A stretch of DNA of 58,768 nt from an uncultured Thermoplasmata archaeon (GTDB lineage Archaea; Thermoplasmatota; Thermoplasmata; Halarchaeoplasmatales; Halarchaeoplasmataceae), in contig CAZHUM010000005.1 in the NCBI GenBank assembly GCA_964535805.1, positions 1 through 58,768 of the forward strand, written 5' to 3'. The notes beneath the pieces are model-generated. The model ran no database searches. It worked only from the letters and a program-made list of their open reading frames with translations, and was not told where the DNA came from. Shown piece after piece: positions 1-10,167 of this stretch. Each line of letters starts with the position of its first letter. Within the stretch, counting starts at the first letter, position 1. The translations under genes were made by a program, and so were the position numbers.

Positions 1-50
1 AGAATGATTGCCACGATTATTGTTGCCATAATCCAAATATTTTTGTTCAT
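1..50 (-). CDS. 5' end of a secreted/membrane protein running off the window (MNKNIWIMATIIVAIIL...)
   Basis: Manual translation: ATG at 48-50, SD-like GAGGA at 55-59 on the minus strand, basic then hydrophobic signal/TM-like N-terminus. Confidence 0.6.
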   Translation of the reverse strand, partial: MNKNIWIMATIIVAII

Positions 51-73
51 CTTATCCTCTAATCCCTTTTTAT

Positions 74-862
74 TTAATAATTTGCAAGATTTTCAATAAA
101 TAATCTCGAAGCATGAATATCTTTGTAGATATCATAATATAATGCAACGAGATCCTTACCAACTTCTCCAACTAAAGGTGCATCTGGTATATATCCAATA
201 TGATTATCTGCTCTATCATTCTCAATGAAGTTAGTAGATATATGATCTGCCATCAGTAAGTAACAATACTCCAAGGTTCTTATAGGTTGGGATGTTTCAA
301 TATCTATACCATTTTCTACAACTGTAATTGTTTCTCCATCCATTTCAAATTTAAAAGAGATATCCGTTGTATCCGATATCTCATCTCCAAAATAGTAATC
401 TAGATTATCTACAAACTCTCGTATTTCGCCTAGTTTTCCATATTGACTTTCTGAAAAGGTAGGAGAGGAATTTATATCTTCAAGCTTTTTCAGATATTTA
501 GTTAATAAAAATCTAGCGTAACTTTCGTTATTAGTATCAGCAATCTCTGTTTTTATCCGTTCAAAAGCCCGTCTAGTTTGATGATATACACCACCGATAT
601 AACAATCTTCCCAATATCCAAATCCTGTAGCCTTTGGACTTCGATAAGATAATTCATCCTCAAACCACTCAAACATATTACTCATAAACTGTAAAGACCA
701 ATACCCTTCCGCCAATAAAGCTAGTGTCCCGAGAGATACTGACGGTGTCGCAGCCATCATCAAGAACAATAGATCTTTCCCACCGGGTTGCAGGGCAGTT
801 TTCAGGTAATTTTGTGCTTCCATATGAAACTCTCTTCCCTGTTGATCAGCAATCTCTTCCAA
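74..862 (-). CDS. Hypothetical protein, AT-rich; possibly 5'-truncated or pseudogenised
   Basis: 262-aa ORF with TTG start and no recognisable motif; an upstream frame with an internal TAA appears to join via a G-run at 881-886. Confidence 0.5.
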   Translation of the reverse strand: MEEIADQQGREFHMEAQNYLKTALQPGGKDLLFLMMAATPSVSLGTLALLAEGYWSLQFMSNMFEWFEDELSYRSPKATGFGYWEDCYIGGVYHQTRRAFERIKTEIADTNNESYARFLLTKYLKKLEDINSSPTFSESQYGKLGEIREFVDNLDYYFGDEISDTTDISFKFEMDGETITVVENGIDIETSQPIRTLEYCYLLMADHISTNFIENDRADNHIGYIPDAPLVGEVGKDLVALYYDIYKDIHASRLFIENLANY

Positions 863-1140
863 CGAAGGTATATCACCATACCCCCCTCTATAATATCTGG
901 CAAATCTACAACAAGAAAATAGATCTCAGGAAAATCGGTTTATTCTTGGCTGTTCTGAAATCGATGATTTGCTATGAATACCTTCTTGTCATCCCTTCTT
1001 TGATAAGTATCCATCAAAAAAAACGGAGATGGAAGTTTTGTCTAAACTGGAATCTATTTAGACACCTTACAACTCCTATAAACGTAAGAATTTTTATATG
1101 GACGCATCCCCTTTCCCACTAATCTTCAAAGGTAGATATC

Positions 1141-1857
1141 ATGACTGAGATCCCGAAAAGCCATCCAAGGTACGAGTCGCTCAGGGTCCGAGAGTTATTG
1201 GTGAAAGGTGTAGAAGACGGTATCACATCCAAGGCGGGGTTGATAGCACACGGTAGGGGAGAAGCCTTCGATTACCTGATCGGCGAGGAGACCATAGATA
1301 CAGCGATGATAGCTGAAAGAGCAGCCCTTCATCGGATGATAGAAGCCGATAATCCAGTGATATCCGTCAACGGCAACGTTGCGGCACTGGTTCCAGGAGA
1401 GACAGTCCAACTGGCAAAAAGACTCGACGCCAAGCTCGAGGTGAATCTGTTTCATCGAACCGATGAACGTTTGGAGAAGATACACGATAAGCTGGTCGAA
1501 AACGGTGCCGGAACGGTTTATGGGTTGGATGCCGATGCAGAGATCCCGGAGTTGGATCACGACAGGGCGTTGTGTTCCAAAGAGGGCATCTACACTTCCG
1601 ACGTGGTGCTGGTGCCCCTGGAGGACGGCGATAGAGCAACGGCTCTTTCCGAGATGGGGAAGACGGTGATAACCATCGATCTGAACCCGCTCTCTCGTAC
1701 AGCCCAGACTGCCGATATAACCATCGTAGATAATATCACCAGAGCGGTCCCCAACATGATACGTATCAAACCGCTTCCAGGTAGATTCGATAACCAAGAG
1801 AACCTTGATTCGGTTATGGATCACATCGCAGAACGGTTGAAAGAAGGTCAGATATAG
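1141..1857 (+). CDS. pps: 4-phosphopantoate--beta-alanine ligase (archaeal phosphopantothenate synthetase)
   Basis: Motifs HPRYESL, GLIAHGRGEAFDYLIGE, ISVNGN, VPLEDGDR, IDLNPLSRT. Confidence 0.95.
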   Translation: MTEIPKSHPRYESLRVRELLVKGVEDGITSKAGLIAHGRGEAFDYLIGEETIDTAMIAERAALHRMIEADNPVISVNGNVAALVPGETVQLAKRLDAKLEVNLFHRTDERLEKIHDKLVENGAGTVYGLDADAEIPELDHDRALCSKEGIYTSDVVLVPLEDGDRATALSEMGKTVITIDLNPLSRTAQTADITIVDNITRAVPNMIRIKPLPGRFDNQENLDSVMDHIAERLKEGQI

Positions 1858-1899
1858 AAAAAGACAATTATATAAGCATGATATAGGAGCATCGATAAC

Positions 1900-3135
1900 A
1901 TGAACAATCTCGTCGAAAAAGGTGTTAAACGATTGAAATGGGCAAGGGATCACATGGACGTGATCGACATAGTGAGAGAAGAGATCAAGGACAGTGGATA
2001 TCTGGACGGGCTTAACATATCCATGGCCCTGCACGTAGAGGCGAAAACGGGTATCCTCGGACTATCACTAGCACATGCCGGAGCGAATATCAAGATGGCA
2101 AGCTGCAACCCGCTTTCAACGGACGATTCCGTGGCGGAAGCACTGCGGGAGGAGTACAACATGGACGTCTTCGCCAAAAGGGGTGAGACCCAGGAGGAGT
2201 ACTACGACAATCTTAACAAGATATTAGAACACGATCCCGACGTTGTCATCGACGACGGCGGCGACCTGATATCGCTGATACACACCGAAAGGACGGATTT
2301 GATCGACGGGATCTACGGAGGTGCCGAGGAGACCACCACGGGCATAGTTCGATTACGTGCCATGGAGAAGGACGGAGCGCTCAAGTTCCCGGTGATGTCC
2401 GTGAACGACGCGTTCATGAAGCACCTTTTCGACAATCGATACGGTACGGGTCAGTCCACCATGGACGGCCTGATGACCGCAACGAACCTGCAGTTGAGCG
2501 GTAAAAAAGTATTGGTAGCCGGCTACGGGTGGTGCGGCAAAGGCATCGCCATGAGAGCCAAGGGCATGGGTGCCGACGTCATGGTATCCGAGATCGATCC
2601 GATAAAAGCGGTGGAGGCAAAGATGGAAGGCTTCGAAGTCGCACCTGCTAGGGAGAACATAAAGAAAGCCGACTTCGTCGTGACGGTGACCGGAGTGAAG
2701 AACGTTATCGGTGAAGAGGAGATCCAGAATGCAAAGGACGGCTGCATACTGTCGAACTCAGGTCACTTCAACAACGAGATATCGATACCTCTGCTGGAGG
2801 AGATGTCTAAAAGTAAAAGTGAGGCCAGGGACGATGTTATGGAATATAAACTCGAAAACGGCAAGAAGATCTATCTGTTAGCCGATGGAAGACTTGTCAA
2901 CCTAGCTGTCGGCCAGGGGCACCCCGCGGAGATCATGGACATGAGCTTCGCCCTGCAGATGCTAGCTGCCGAGTACGTAGTGAAAACAGATGGTCTTGAA
3001 CCGAAGGTCCACGGCATCCCGAGAGAGCTCGACGAGAAGGTGGCTAGGCTGAGGCTCAAGGCGGACGGCGTCGATATCGATGAGCTGAGCCAGGAGCAGA
3101 GGGACTACGTCGAGGGGTGGGAAGAGGGGACTTGA
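1900..3135 (+). CDS. ahcY: Adenosylhomocysteinase
   Basis: SCNPLST, DDGGD, EETTTG, KHLFDNRYGTGQS, GYGWCGKG, GHPAEIMDMSF. Confidence 0.97.
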   Translation: MNNLVEKGVKRLKWARDHMDVIDIVREEIKDSGYLDGLNISMALHVEAKTGILGLSLAHAGANIKMASCNPLSTDDSVAEALREEYNMDVFAKRGETQEEYYDNLNKILEHDPDVVIDDGGDLISLIHTERTDLIDGIYGGAEETTTGIVRLRAMEKDGALKFPVMSVNDAFMKHLFDNRYGTGQSTMDGLMTATNLQLSGKKVLVAGYGWCGKGIAMRAKGMGADVMVSEIDPIKAVEAKMEGFEVAPARENIKKADFVVTVTGVKNVIGEEEIQNAKDGCILSNSGHFNNEISIPLLEEMSKSKSEARDDVMEYKLENGKKIYLLADGRLVNLAVGQGHPAEIMDMSFALQMLAAEYVVKTDGLEPKVHGIPRELDEKVARLRLKADGVDIDELSQEQRDYVEGWEEGT

Positions 3136-3232
3136 AAACAAGGAACCCTCGACATAAGTTTTATGTATCTTAATCCGTTTATAATCCATATATTGGAGGA
3201 TAAATAGCCAAAATGAGATTGGATATGATAAG

Positions 3233-6200
3233 ATGAGATTCGATAAGCCATTAGCTTTGATTTTAGTGATATCAATCACCCTGAGTGGAGTGGGGATCGG
3301 TATAGCATCTATGAATGATGGGAAAAACGATAAAGAAGTCAAATCGATAGGACCGGATGATCTATCGTATACCTCTCACTCACCTATACGTATAGATAAT
3401 AACGCTGAACTGGCTTTGGAGGCTAGTTCCGGGAGTGGAACGGAGGCGGACCCGTACGTGATCGAAGGATACGAGATCGATGGAACTGGTTATGGTTACT
3501 GTTTGTATGTTGGGAATACGACCGATCATTTTGTGGTTAGGGATTGTTATCTGCACAATGCGAGTGGGAATTTTAATTTTCCTTACTTCATGAATTCGGG
3601 CATTATTTTATATGAAGTTAGGAATGGGAGTATAACGGATTGTAAATTATCTAACAGCGAGTATGGATTTTTTCTGTGCTATTCTGATAATAATCGATTA
3701 GATAACAATAGTATATCTAATTCCTCTGAAGGCTTTTTTATAAGCCAGTCGGATTTTAATATCATAAGTAATAATACGGCATCTAAGAATTTTAATGGGA
3801 TATACCTATTCGGTTCAAAAAACAACAATGTGAAAAATAATTTTGCATTCAATAACTCTTATGGAATATACATCTCGGGATCGGATGATAACACAGTTAG
3901 TAACAACGATCTTTCATCAAACGAAAAATATGGTATCGAGTTATCTTATTCTCATCTAAACAATTTGACGGATAATCAGTGCTCTTATAATCCTGTTGGG
4001 ATATATCTGAATAATTCTGACGATGGATTTTTGAGTCAAAATATTGTTTCAAATAACTCGATAGGTGTCCAACTCATCTCCTCAGTTGGCAACACCCTCC
4101 AGAATAATACCTCAGAATCGAATGTCGGGGATGGTGTCAGCGCACAGAAATCTTCAAATAATGATTTCGTGAATAATCGTGTTAAATCGAACGGTGGGAA
4201 GGGAATAATTCTAGATGATTCTGATGGAAATTTATTACAAAATAATGATGCTTTAGATAATAGATATGGGATATTTCTTAAATCCTCAGTTTCGAATATT
4301 CTGATACAGAACAAAGAATCATCAAACACTAAGATCGGTCTTAAATTATTGGGGTCCTCTTCCACTGAGATAAGGATGAATAGAGCGATTTTAAATGATG
4401 AGGAAGGGATAATGTTCAATAATTCTGATAATAATTTAATCACGAATAGTATTTCATCGAACAACTCTAAAGGTATTTGGCTTGAGTCATCTGACATGAT
4501 CATAATGACTAACAATACAGTAGATTGTAACACATATAGTGGTGTTACTCTATCGAATTCTAGTGAAAACAATACGATAGATAATAACACTATATCCGAT
4601 AACGATGAAAACGGGATACAGATAAGTAACTTGTGTGTCAATAATATCTTGAAGAATAACTCACTTTTCTCGAATAAAAGATCAGGTATCGTCATTTTTT
4701 CTTCTGAGCGGAATACGATTATCGAAAATGTTATAGTAAATAATACGAACGGAACTTCTTTAAATAGATCTGAAAATAATATATTTTATTATAACAGTTT
4801 TATCAACAATACTCATCAGATATATGCTCCGGATAATTCGTCATACCTATGCATATGGAACAGCAGTAAGGAAGAAGGCAATCACTGGTCGGATTATAAC
4901 GGTTCTGACCAGGGTGAAAATAACAGGACAGCAGAAGATGGTATCGGTGATACGAAAATACCTCATCCCGAGACTGATCAGGGTTATGGATACAAACGTT
5001 TAGACAACTACCCACTTATGAAATCATGGGAGCCATGGAAAGTTAAGGTGAATCGATCAAACATAAGGATAAATAATAATTCAGATCTGTCTAAGGAAGC
5101 GACTTCTGGAAATGGTACGGCAAACGATCCTTTCATCATCGAGGGACTAGAAATCGATGGATTGGGTTTAAGATACTGCATATATATAGGAAATACGACA
5201 GACCATTTTGTTTTAAGGGATTCTAATCTGACTAATGCAACCGGAGACCTTATCAAAAATCAAACAAGTTCTGGACTACACATCTATAATGTGACGAACG
5301 GAGTTATAAAAAATAATACTATCGCAGATATTCATGGTATCGATAAAGATGACGGAGGGAAAAATGGACACACAGCTATTGGTATCCATTTAGAACACGG
5401 TACAAATATTTCGATAGAAAAAAATAGAATCATCAATATAAGTGGAGGGGATGGATGTAATAACAGCGATGCTTTCGGAATCTATTCAGAGTCGTCAAAT
5501 AGTACCAAAATATTGTTTAACAATATATCTTATATAATAGGTGCAAAAGGGGAGAAGGGGGTCAATGGCACAGACGGATTCAATGGCAGTGATTCAACTG
5601 GAATTTATCTAGATTCATCTATTTCAAATACGATAATTTCGAACAACATCTCATATATTTACGGTGGAAACGGCGGCAGGGGTGCAGATGCAACGAATAC
5701 AATACTCGACGGGGGAGAAGCTGGAGATGGGGGAAAAGCTACAGCTATTGGTTTGAATTCTTCATCTTCAAATTACATCACTTCGAATAATATATTTTAC
5801 ACATATGGAGGGGATGGGGGAAACGGCGGCAAGGGAAGTTTTGCTACTCGAAGAGGAGGTGACGGTGGTGATGGCGGCAAAGCTGCAGGTTCAAGTTTCA
5901 AATCATCATCTAACAATCAGATTTCTTTAAATAATCTTTCATATCTAGTTGGTGGTGACGGTGGTACTGGAGGAGAAGGGGTAGATGGAGGAGATTTTGA
6001 TAATGGAGGGCGAGGAGCGAACGGCGGTGATGGTGGGTGTTCGACTGCGATTTACATGAACTATTCCGGGGACAATAATATTACCAAAAATCAAATATAT
6101 AACCTCTCTGGAGGGGATGGTGAGAAAGGTGGTATCGGTGGTCGCGGTGGAGGATACAGCGGTAACGGAGGGAAAGGAGGTGACGGTGGTGACGGTGGAG

Positions 6201-8791
6201 GGGCTATCGGTGTCAATCTTAGATCATCTGATTCAAACTACCTTTCTGCGAATGACATCCGCGTTCTTAACAGCGGTTATGGAGGGGACGGTTCTCATGG
6301 AGGGGACGGTGGAGAGATAGGTTGGGGCGGTTCTGGTGGCGATGGAGGGAATGGTGGTCAGGGGGGAAAGGCTATCGGCATACTCTTATTTACATCAAAA
6401 GGTAATAACGCATCGACAAACACCATCTGTAATCTAAAAGGTAACAATGCTGGCGATGGTAGTTACGGTGGGGATGGAGGCTATGATGATCAGATATCTG
6501 GCGACGGTGGAGATGGAGGGAATGGAGGGATAGGTGGTATGACTTCAGGTATCTACCTACAAAACTCTAGTTCGAATACCCTCTATCAAATCGATATGAA
6601 TGATCTCAGTGGTGGAAGAGGAGGTTATGGGGGAAACGCTGGTGACGGCTGTTATAATACTGAATCAGGTGGTGCTGGTGGAGATGGTGGAGATGGAGGT
6701 GACGGGGGAATCGCTAGAGGCATATTTTTGAATAATTCAAAAAACAATAAAGGGATATATTGCTATATTACTACCTTGCAGGGAGGGAACGGTAAAGAAG
6801 GAGGGATTAGAGGAGCAGGGGAACCCGTTGGTGAAGATGGTAAAAATGGGCATGATGGAATATCTGTCGGTGCCAATCATATCTCATCCGATGAGAATAT
6901 ATTGAGGTACAGTACTATCTCTAAGAACGAATATTGTATATATCTCAATTCGTCTTACGGTAATGAGATTAAACATAATAATTTCATAAATAATACAGAT
7001 CAGGCATACGATGATGGACGCAACATCTGGAATTCTTCTTATCCGGTTGGGGGGAATTACTGGAGTAACTACAACGGCTATGACGACTACAGTGGCCCCA
7101 ATCAGGATCAACCTGGAAGTGACGGGATCGGTGATACAAATTATACTATCTTTGGCGATACCAATGCAGATGAATACCCCCTGATGGAACCTTATCCATA
7201 TGAAGGTCTAGCCTATACACCATGGCCTTGTTTCGGTCAGAACAATAATAATACTGGTCAAAGCCCATACAATACAACTCATGTGGATGGAACGCTAAGA
7301 TGGAGATGCAATACCAGTGGTGCAGTTAAATCATCCCCTGCTATAGGTGATGATGGAACGATATATGTAGGCTCGAACGATAATAAATTGTATGCCATCA
7401 ATCCAGATGGTACCGAGAAATGGAACTTAACCACAGGAGGAGATGTTGTATCATCCCCTGCGATATCAGAAAATGGGACGATATACGTAGGGTCACTAGA
7501 TAATAGATTATATGCTATAAATCCGGATGGAACGGAGAAATGGAGCTTTACAACGGGCGGGGATGTACGTTCTTCGCCAGCTATCGACTCTGACGGCACG
7601 ATATACGTCGGTTCTTGGGACGACAAGCTGTATGCGATAAACCCAGATGGGACGGAAAGGTGGAACTTTTCGACCAGTTCCGGTGACGGTATCAGTTCTG
7701 CATGTGCTTTATCGGATAACGGCACTATATATTTCACTGCAGGTGCCACACTATATGCACTATATGACAACGGAACAGAGATATGGAATAACAGTTATGG
7801 TGCAGAGATACAGAAGTCCTCACCTACATTATTCAATGGAACGATCTATGTAGGAGGAGAAATAGGATTCAGCGGGGGTGCCCTTTATGCCATACACACT
7901 AACGGAACCAAGAAATGGGAGTTCGATACAGGGGGAAATGTCAGGGCATCACCATCTGTAGGAAAAGAAGGTACGATTTACGTAGGTAGTACCGATCCCT
8001 CCTCTCGGTTATTTGCAGTGCATCCCAACGGGACCAAGAGATGGGAATTCTATACCGACGATATCAGTTCATCACCAGCTATAGGTAGCGATGATACGAT
8101 ATATATCGGGTCATGGGAGAACTCAAGATTTTATGCTGTAAATCCAAATGGAACCGAAAAATGGAATAAAAGTTTTAGAGATAGGATATTTTCTTCTCCT
8201 TCTATAGACGAGAATGGAGATGTTTACGTTGGCTGTGATGATGGTTATCTTTATGCCTTAACCGGGGGATTCAGTATAAATTTATATGAAGGTTCGGATG
8301 GATGGAATTTTGTATCCCATTGTTACATTCCATATAATACAAATATCGAATCGATTTTGAACGATCCCATAAACGGGATAAATGGAACTTATGACAAATT
8401 AATGACGTATGATGCAGAAAAAGACGAATGGAGGACCTATGTACCTGACAGATCGGACTATTACAATGACCTGGATAATTGGGATCGGAGTATGGGTCTT
8501 TGGATACATGTAAAATATAATGACACACTGACTATTCCGGGTAAGCCCCCGTCTAAAACGAATTTAACCCTCCATCCAGGCTGGAACATGGTAGGATATC
8601 CATCCGCAATTGACAGAACCGCAAGCGATACATTACCTCCCGAGGTCACGAAGATAGGAGTGTTCAACGCCTCTCGCGAGTACAACATCGAGTACATCTG
8701 CGATCTAACTAATTACACCATGACAGCAGGCGAGGGTTACTGGGTCTACAACGGTGCTAATTACGATTTGGTTTGGACTGTTGAATACTGA
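3233..8791 (+). CDS. Large secreted cell-surface protein: signal peptide, two NosD/CASH right-handed beta-helix modules (second with Gly-rich inserts), PQQ-like beta-propeller, C-terminal duplicated GWN domain
   Basis: N-terminal hydrophobic helix; GIxLxxSxxNxIxNN repeats; GNYWS(D/N)Y motifs; about 8 SSPAIxxDGTIYVGSxDxxLYAINPDGTEKW repeats; GWNFVSH and GWNMVGY. Confidence 0.85.
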   Translation: MRFDKPLALILVISITLSGVGIGIASMNDGKNDKEVKSIGPDDLSYTSHSPIRIDNNAELALEASSGSGTEADPYVIEGYEIDGTGYGYCLYVGNTTDHFVVRDCYLHNASGNFNFPYFMNSGIILYEVRNGSITDCKLSNSEYGFFLCYSDNNRLDNNSISNSSEGFFISQSDFNIISNNTASKNFNGIYLFGSKNNNVKNNFAFNNSYGIYISGSDDNTVSNNDLSSNEKYGIELSYSHLNNLTDNQCSYNPVGIYLNNSDDGFLSQNIVSNNSIGVQLISSVGNTLQNNTSESNVGDGVSAQKSSNNDFVNNRVKSNGGKGIILDDSDGNLLQNNDALDNRYGIFLKSSVSNILIQNKESSNTKIGLKLLGSSSTEIRMNRAILNDEEGIMFNNSDNNLITNSISSNNSKGIWLESSDMIIMTNNTVDCNTYSGVTLSNSSENNTIDNNTISDNDENGIQISNLCVNNILKNNSLFSNKRSGIVIFSSERNTIIENVIVNNTNGTSLNRSENNIFYYNSFINNTHQIYAPDNSSYLCIWNSSKEEGNHWSDYNGSDQGENNRTAEDGIGDTKIPHPETDQGYGYKRLDNYPLMKSWEPWKVKVNRSNIRINNNSDLSKEATSGNGTANDPFIIEGLEIDGLGLRYCIYIGNTTDHFVLRDSNLTNATGDLIKNQTSSGLHIYNVTNGVIKNNTIADIHGIDKDDGGKNGHTAIGIHLEHGTNISIEKNRIINISGGDGCNNSDAFGIYSESSNSTKILFNNISYIIGAKGEKGVNGTDGFNGSDSTGIYLDSSISNTIISNNISYIYGGNGGRGADATNTILDGGEAGDGGKATAIGLNSSSSNYITSNNIFYTYGGDGGNGGKGSFATRRGGDGGDGGKAAGSSFKSSSNNQISLNNLSYLVGGDGGTGGEGVDGGDFDNGGRGANGGDGGCSTAIYMNYSGDNNITKNQIYNLSGGDGEKGGIGGRGGGYSGNGGKGGDGGDGGGAIGVNLRSSDSNYLSANDIRVLNSGYGGDGSHGGDGGEIGWGGSGGDGGNGGQGGKAIGILLFTSKGNNASTNTICNLKGNNAGDGSYGGDGGYDDQISGDGGDGGNGGIGGMTSGIYLQNSSSNTLYQIDMNDLSGGRGGYGGNAGDGCYNTESGGAGGDGGDGGDGGIARGIFLNNSKNNKGIYCYITTLQGGNGKEGGIRGAGEPVGEDGKNGHDGISVGANHISSDENILRYSTISKNEYCIYLNSSYGNEIKHNNFINNTDQAYDDGRNIWNSSYPVGGNYWSNYNGYDDYSGPNQDQPGSDGIGDTNYTIFGDTNADEYPLMEPYPYEGLAYTPWPCFGQNNNNTGQSPYNTTHVDGTLRWRCNTSGAVKSSPAIGDDGTIYVGSNDNKLYAINPDGTEKWNLTTGGDVVSSPAISENGTIYVGSLDNRLYAINPDGTEKWSFTTGGDVRSSPAIDSDGTIYVGSWDDKLYAINPDGTERWNFSTSSGDGISSACALSDNGTIYFTAGATLYALYDNGTEIWNNSYGAEIQKSSPTLFNGTIYVGGEIGFSGGALYAIHTNGTKKWEFDTGGNVRASPSVGKEGTIYVGSTDPSSRLFAVHPNGTKRWEFYTDDISSSPAIGSDDTIYIGSWENSRFYAVNPNGTEKWNKSFRDRIFSSPSIDENGDVYVGCDDGYLYALTGGFSINLYEGSDGWNFVSHCYIPYNTNIESILNDPINGINGTYDKLMTYDAEKDEWRTYVPDRSDYYNDLDNWDRSMGLWIHVKYNDTLTIPGKPPSKTNLTLHPGWNMVGYPSAIDRTASDTLPPEVTKIGVFNASREYNIEYICDLTNYTMTAGEGYWVYNGANYDLVWTVEY

Positions 8792-8909
8792 TACGAGGGG
8801 TGCAAATAACCAACACTACCCAAATTCAACCCACCCAAAATAATCATCAGAAATATTTATATTTGGTAAGCTATACTCGGCAGGTAGACAGAGCTCTTGG
8901 TGGTATCCA

Positions 8910-10151
8910 ATGACATCTGGGAAAAACAAAAATCTGATGATAATTTTAGCGGTCGGGTTAATAGCTTTGCTTATAATCGGATCGATTTTTATCTATGAAC
9001 CTCCGCTCCAAAGGTACGAGAAGAGGAGGGAGATGATGGACACCTACGTAACTATCATAGTTTACGATAACGACGAAGACCATGCCATGAAGTCCATAGA
9101 TTCTGCCTTCGACAGGATAGAAGAGGTCATAGCTATCACATCACGGTACAACAGTTCGTCGGAACTTTATCAGTTAAACGAGCAGGGTCAGCTCACAGGT
9201 GCCTCACCGGAGCTCGTCGAGTTGATAGAAACTTCGGTCCAGTACTACGAGATCACCGACGGTGCCTTCGACATCACTATCACACCATTATTAAATCTAT
9301 GGAGTGAGGAATTCGAATTGACAGAGCTCGATACCGATCACAGATCAGATATAGAAGACGGCATCTTTTCAGGCTCACTGAGAGATGAGTTCGAGGATAT
9401 AGACCCACCTCTTTACGAACTGAACGAGACGCCGACCATATCGACATCTGAAAGCGGGTGGACGATATCTTCTTCGTGGCAGATGTACTACATCACCGAA
9501 GGTGACGAAACCTTTTCACTATCAACGAATTTCTGGTATCTTCCCGAAGATACACAGGATTACTACATCAACCAGACCCAGCAGTACGTGGGTTCGGATA
9601 AGATACAGATACAGGGCGATTCCATCTCTCTTCAAGAAGGTATGGGCATCACCTTAGACGGTATCGCCAAGGGTTATGCCGTGGACGAGGCGATCGACGA
9701 GTTGAAAAACAATGATATCCACAGTGCCTTGGTGAACGCAGGCGGCGATATTGCGACCGTCGGGAAAAAACCAAGTGGCGAAAAGTGGGTCACTGGTTTG
9801 AGGAATCCCGAGGACGAAGAAGAGTCCGTGATGGAGTTCGAAGTGTCGGGAGAAGCCATAGCCACCTCGGGCAATTACGAACGCTATTTCGACGAAAATG
9901 CCAGAGTTGGACACATAATGGACCCGAGGACGGGAAGAACGGTGACGAAAGCTTCCAGTGCGACGATAATCGCTGATGACTGTACTTCAGCGGACGCCTT
10001 GGCTACGGCAATTTTTGTATTGGGGCCCGACGACGGGACGGAACTAGTCAACTCCCTAGATGGGACGGAATCGCTGGTGTTGGATTACGAAGACCCGTCG
10101 GTTATGACAAGATCAGATGGCATGTCGGATTATGAATTAAGTGAAGGATAA
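8910..10151 (+). CDS. apbE: FAD:protein FMN transferase ApbE, membrane-anchored
   Basis: GAFDITI, LDGIAKGYAVD, VNAGGDI, ATSGNYERY, HIMDPRTG, ADALATA; lies next to rnf genes whose products need flavinylation. Confidence 0.93.
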   Translation: MTSGKNKNLMIILAVGLIALLIIGSIFIYEPPLQRYEKRREMMDTYVTIIVYDNDEDHAMKSIDSAFDRIEEVIAITSRYNSSSELYQLNEQGQLTGASPELVELIETSVQYYEITDGAFDITITPLLNLWSEEFELTELDTDHRSDIEDGIFSGSLRDEFEDIDPPLYELNETPTISTSESGWTISSSWQMYYITEGDETFSLSTNFWYLPEDTQDYYINQTQQYVGSDKIQIQGDSISLQEGMGITLDGIAKGYAVDEAIDELKNNDIHSALVNAGGDIATVGKKPSGEKWVTGLRNPEDEEESVMEFEVSGEAIATSGNYERYFDENARVGHIMDPRTGRTVTKASSATIIADDCTSADALATAIFVLGPDDGTELVNSLDGTESLVLDYEDPSVMTRSDGMSDYELSEG

Positions 10152-10167
10152 ATTTAGACGGTGCATA

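Noticed and set aside
1195-2034. Long antisense or alternative-frame ORFs (this one, and e.g. 4036-4695, 11621-12247, 44353-45054)
   Set aside because: Shadow ORFs overlapping well-supported genes, with no recognisable motifs
7300-8260. About 120-bp periodic DNA repeats
   Set aside because: Explained by PQQ-type beta-propeller blades inside the surface-protein CDS
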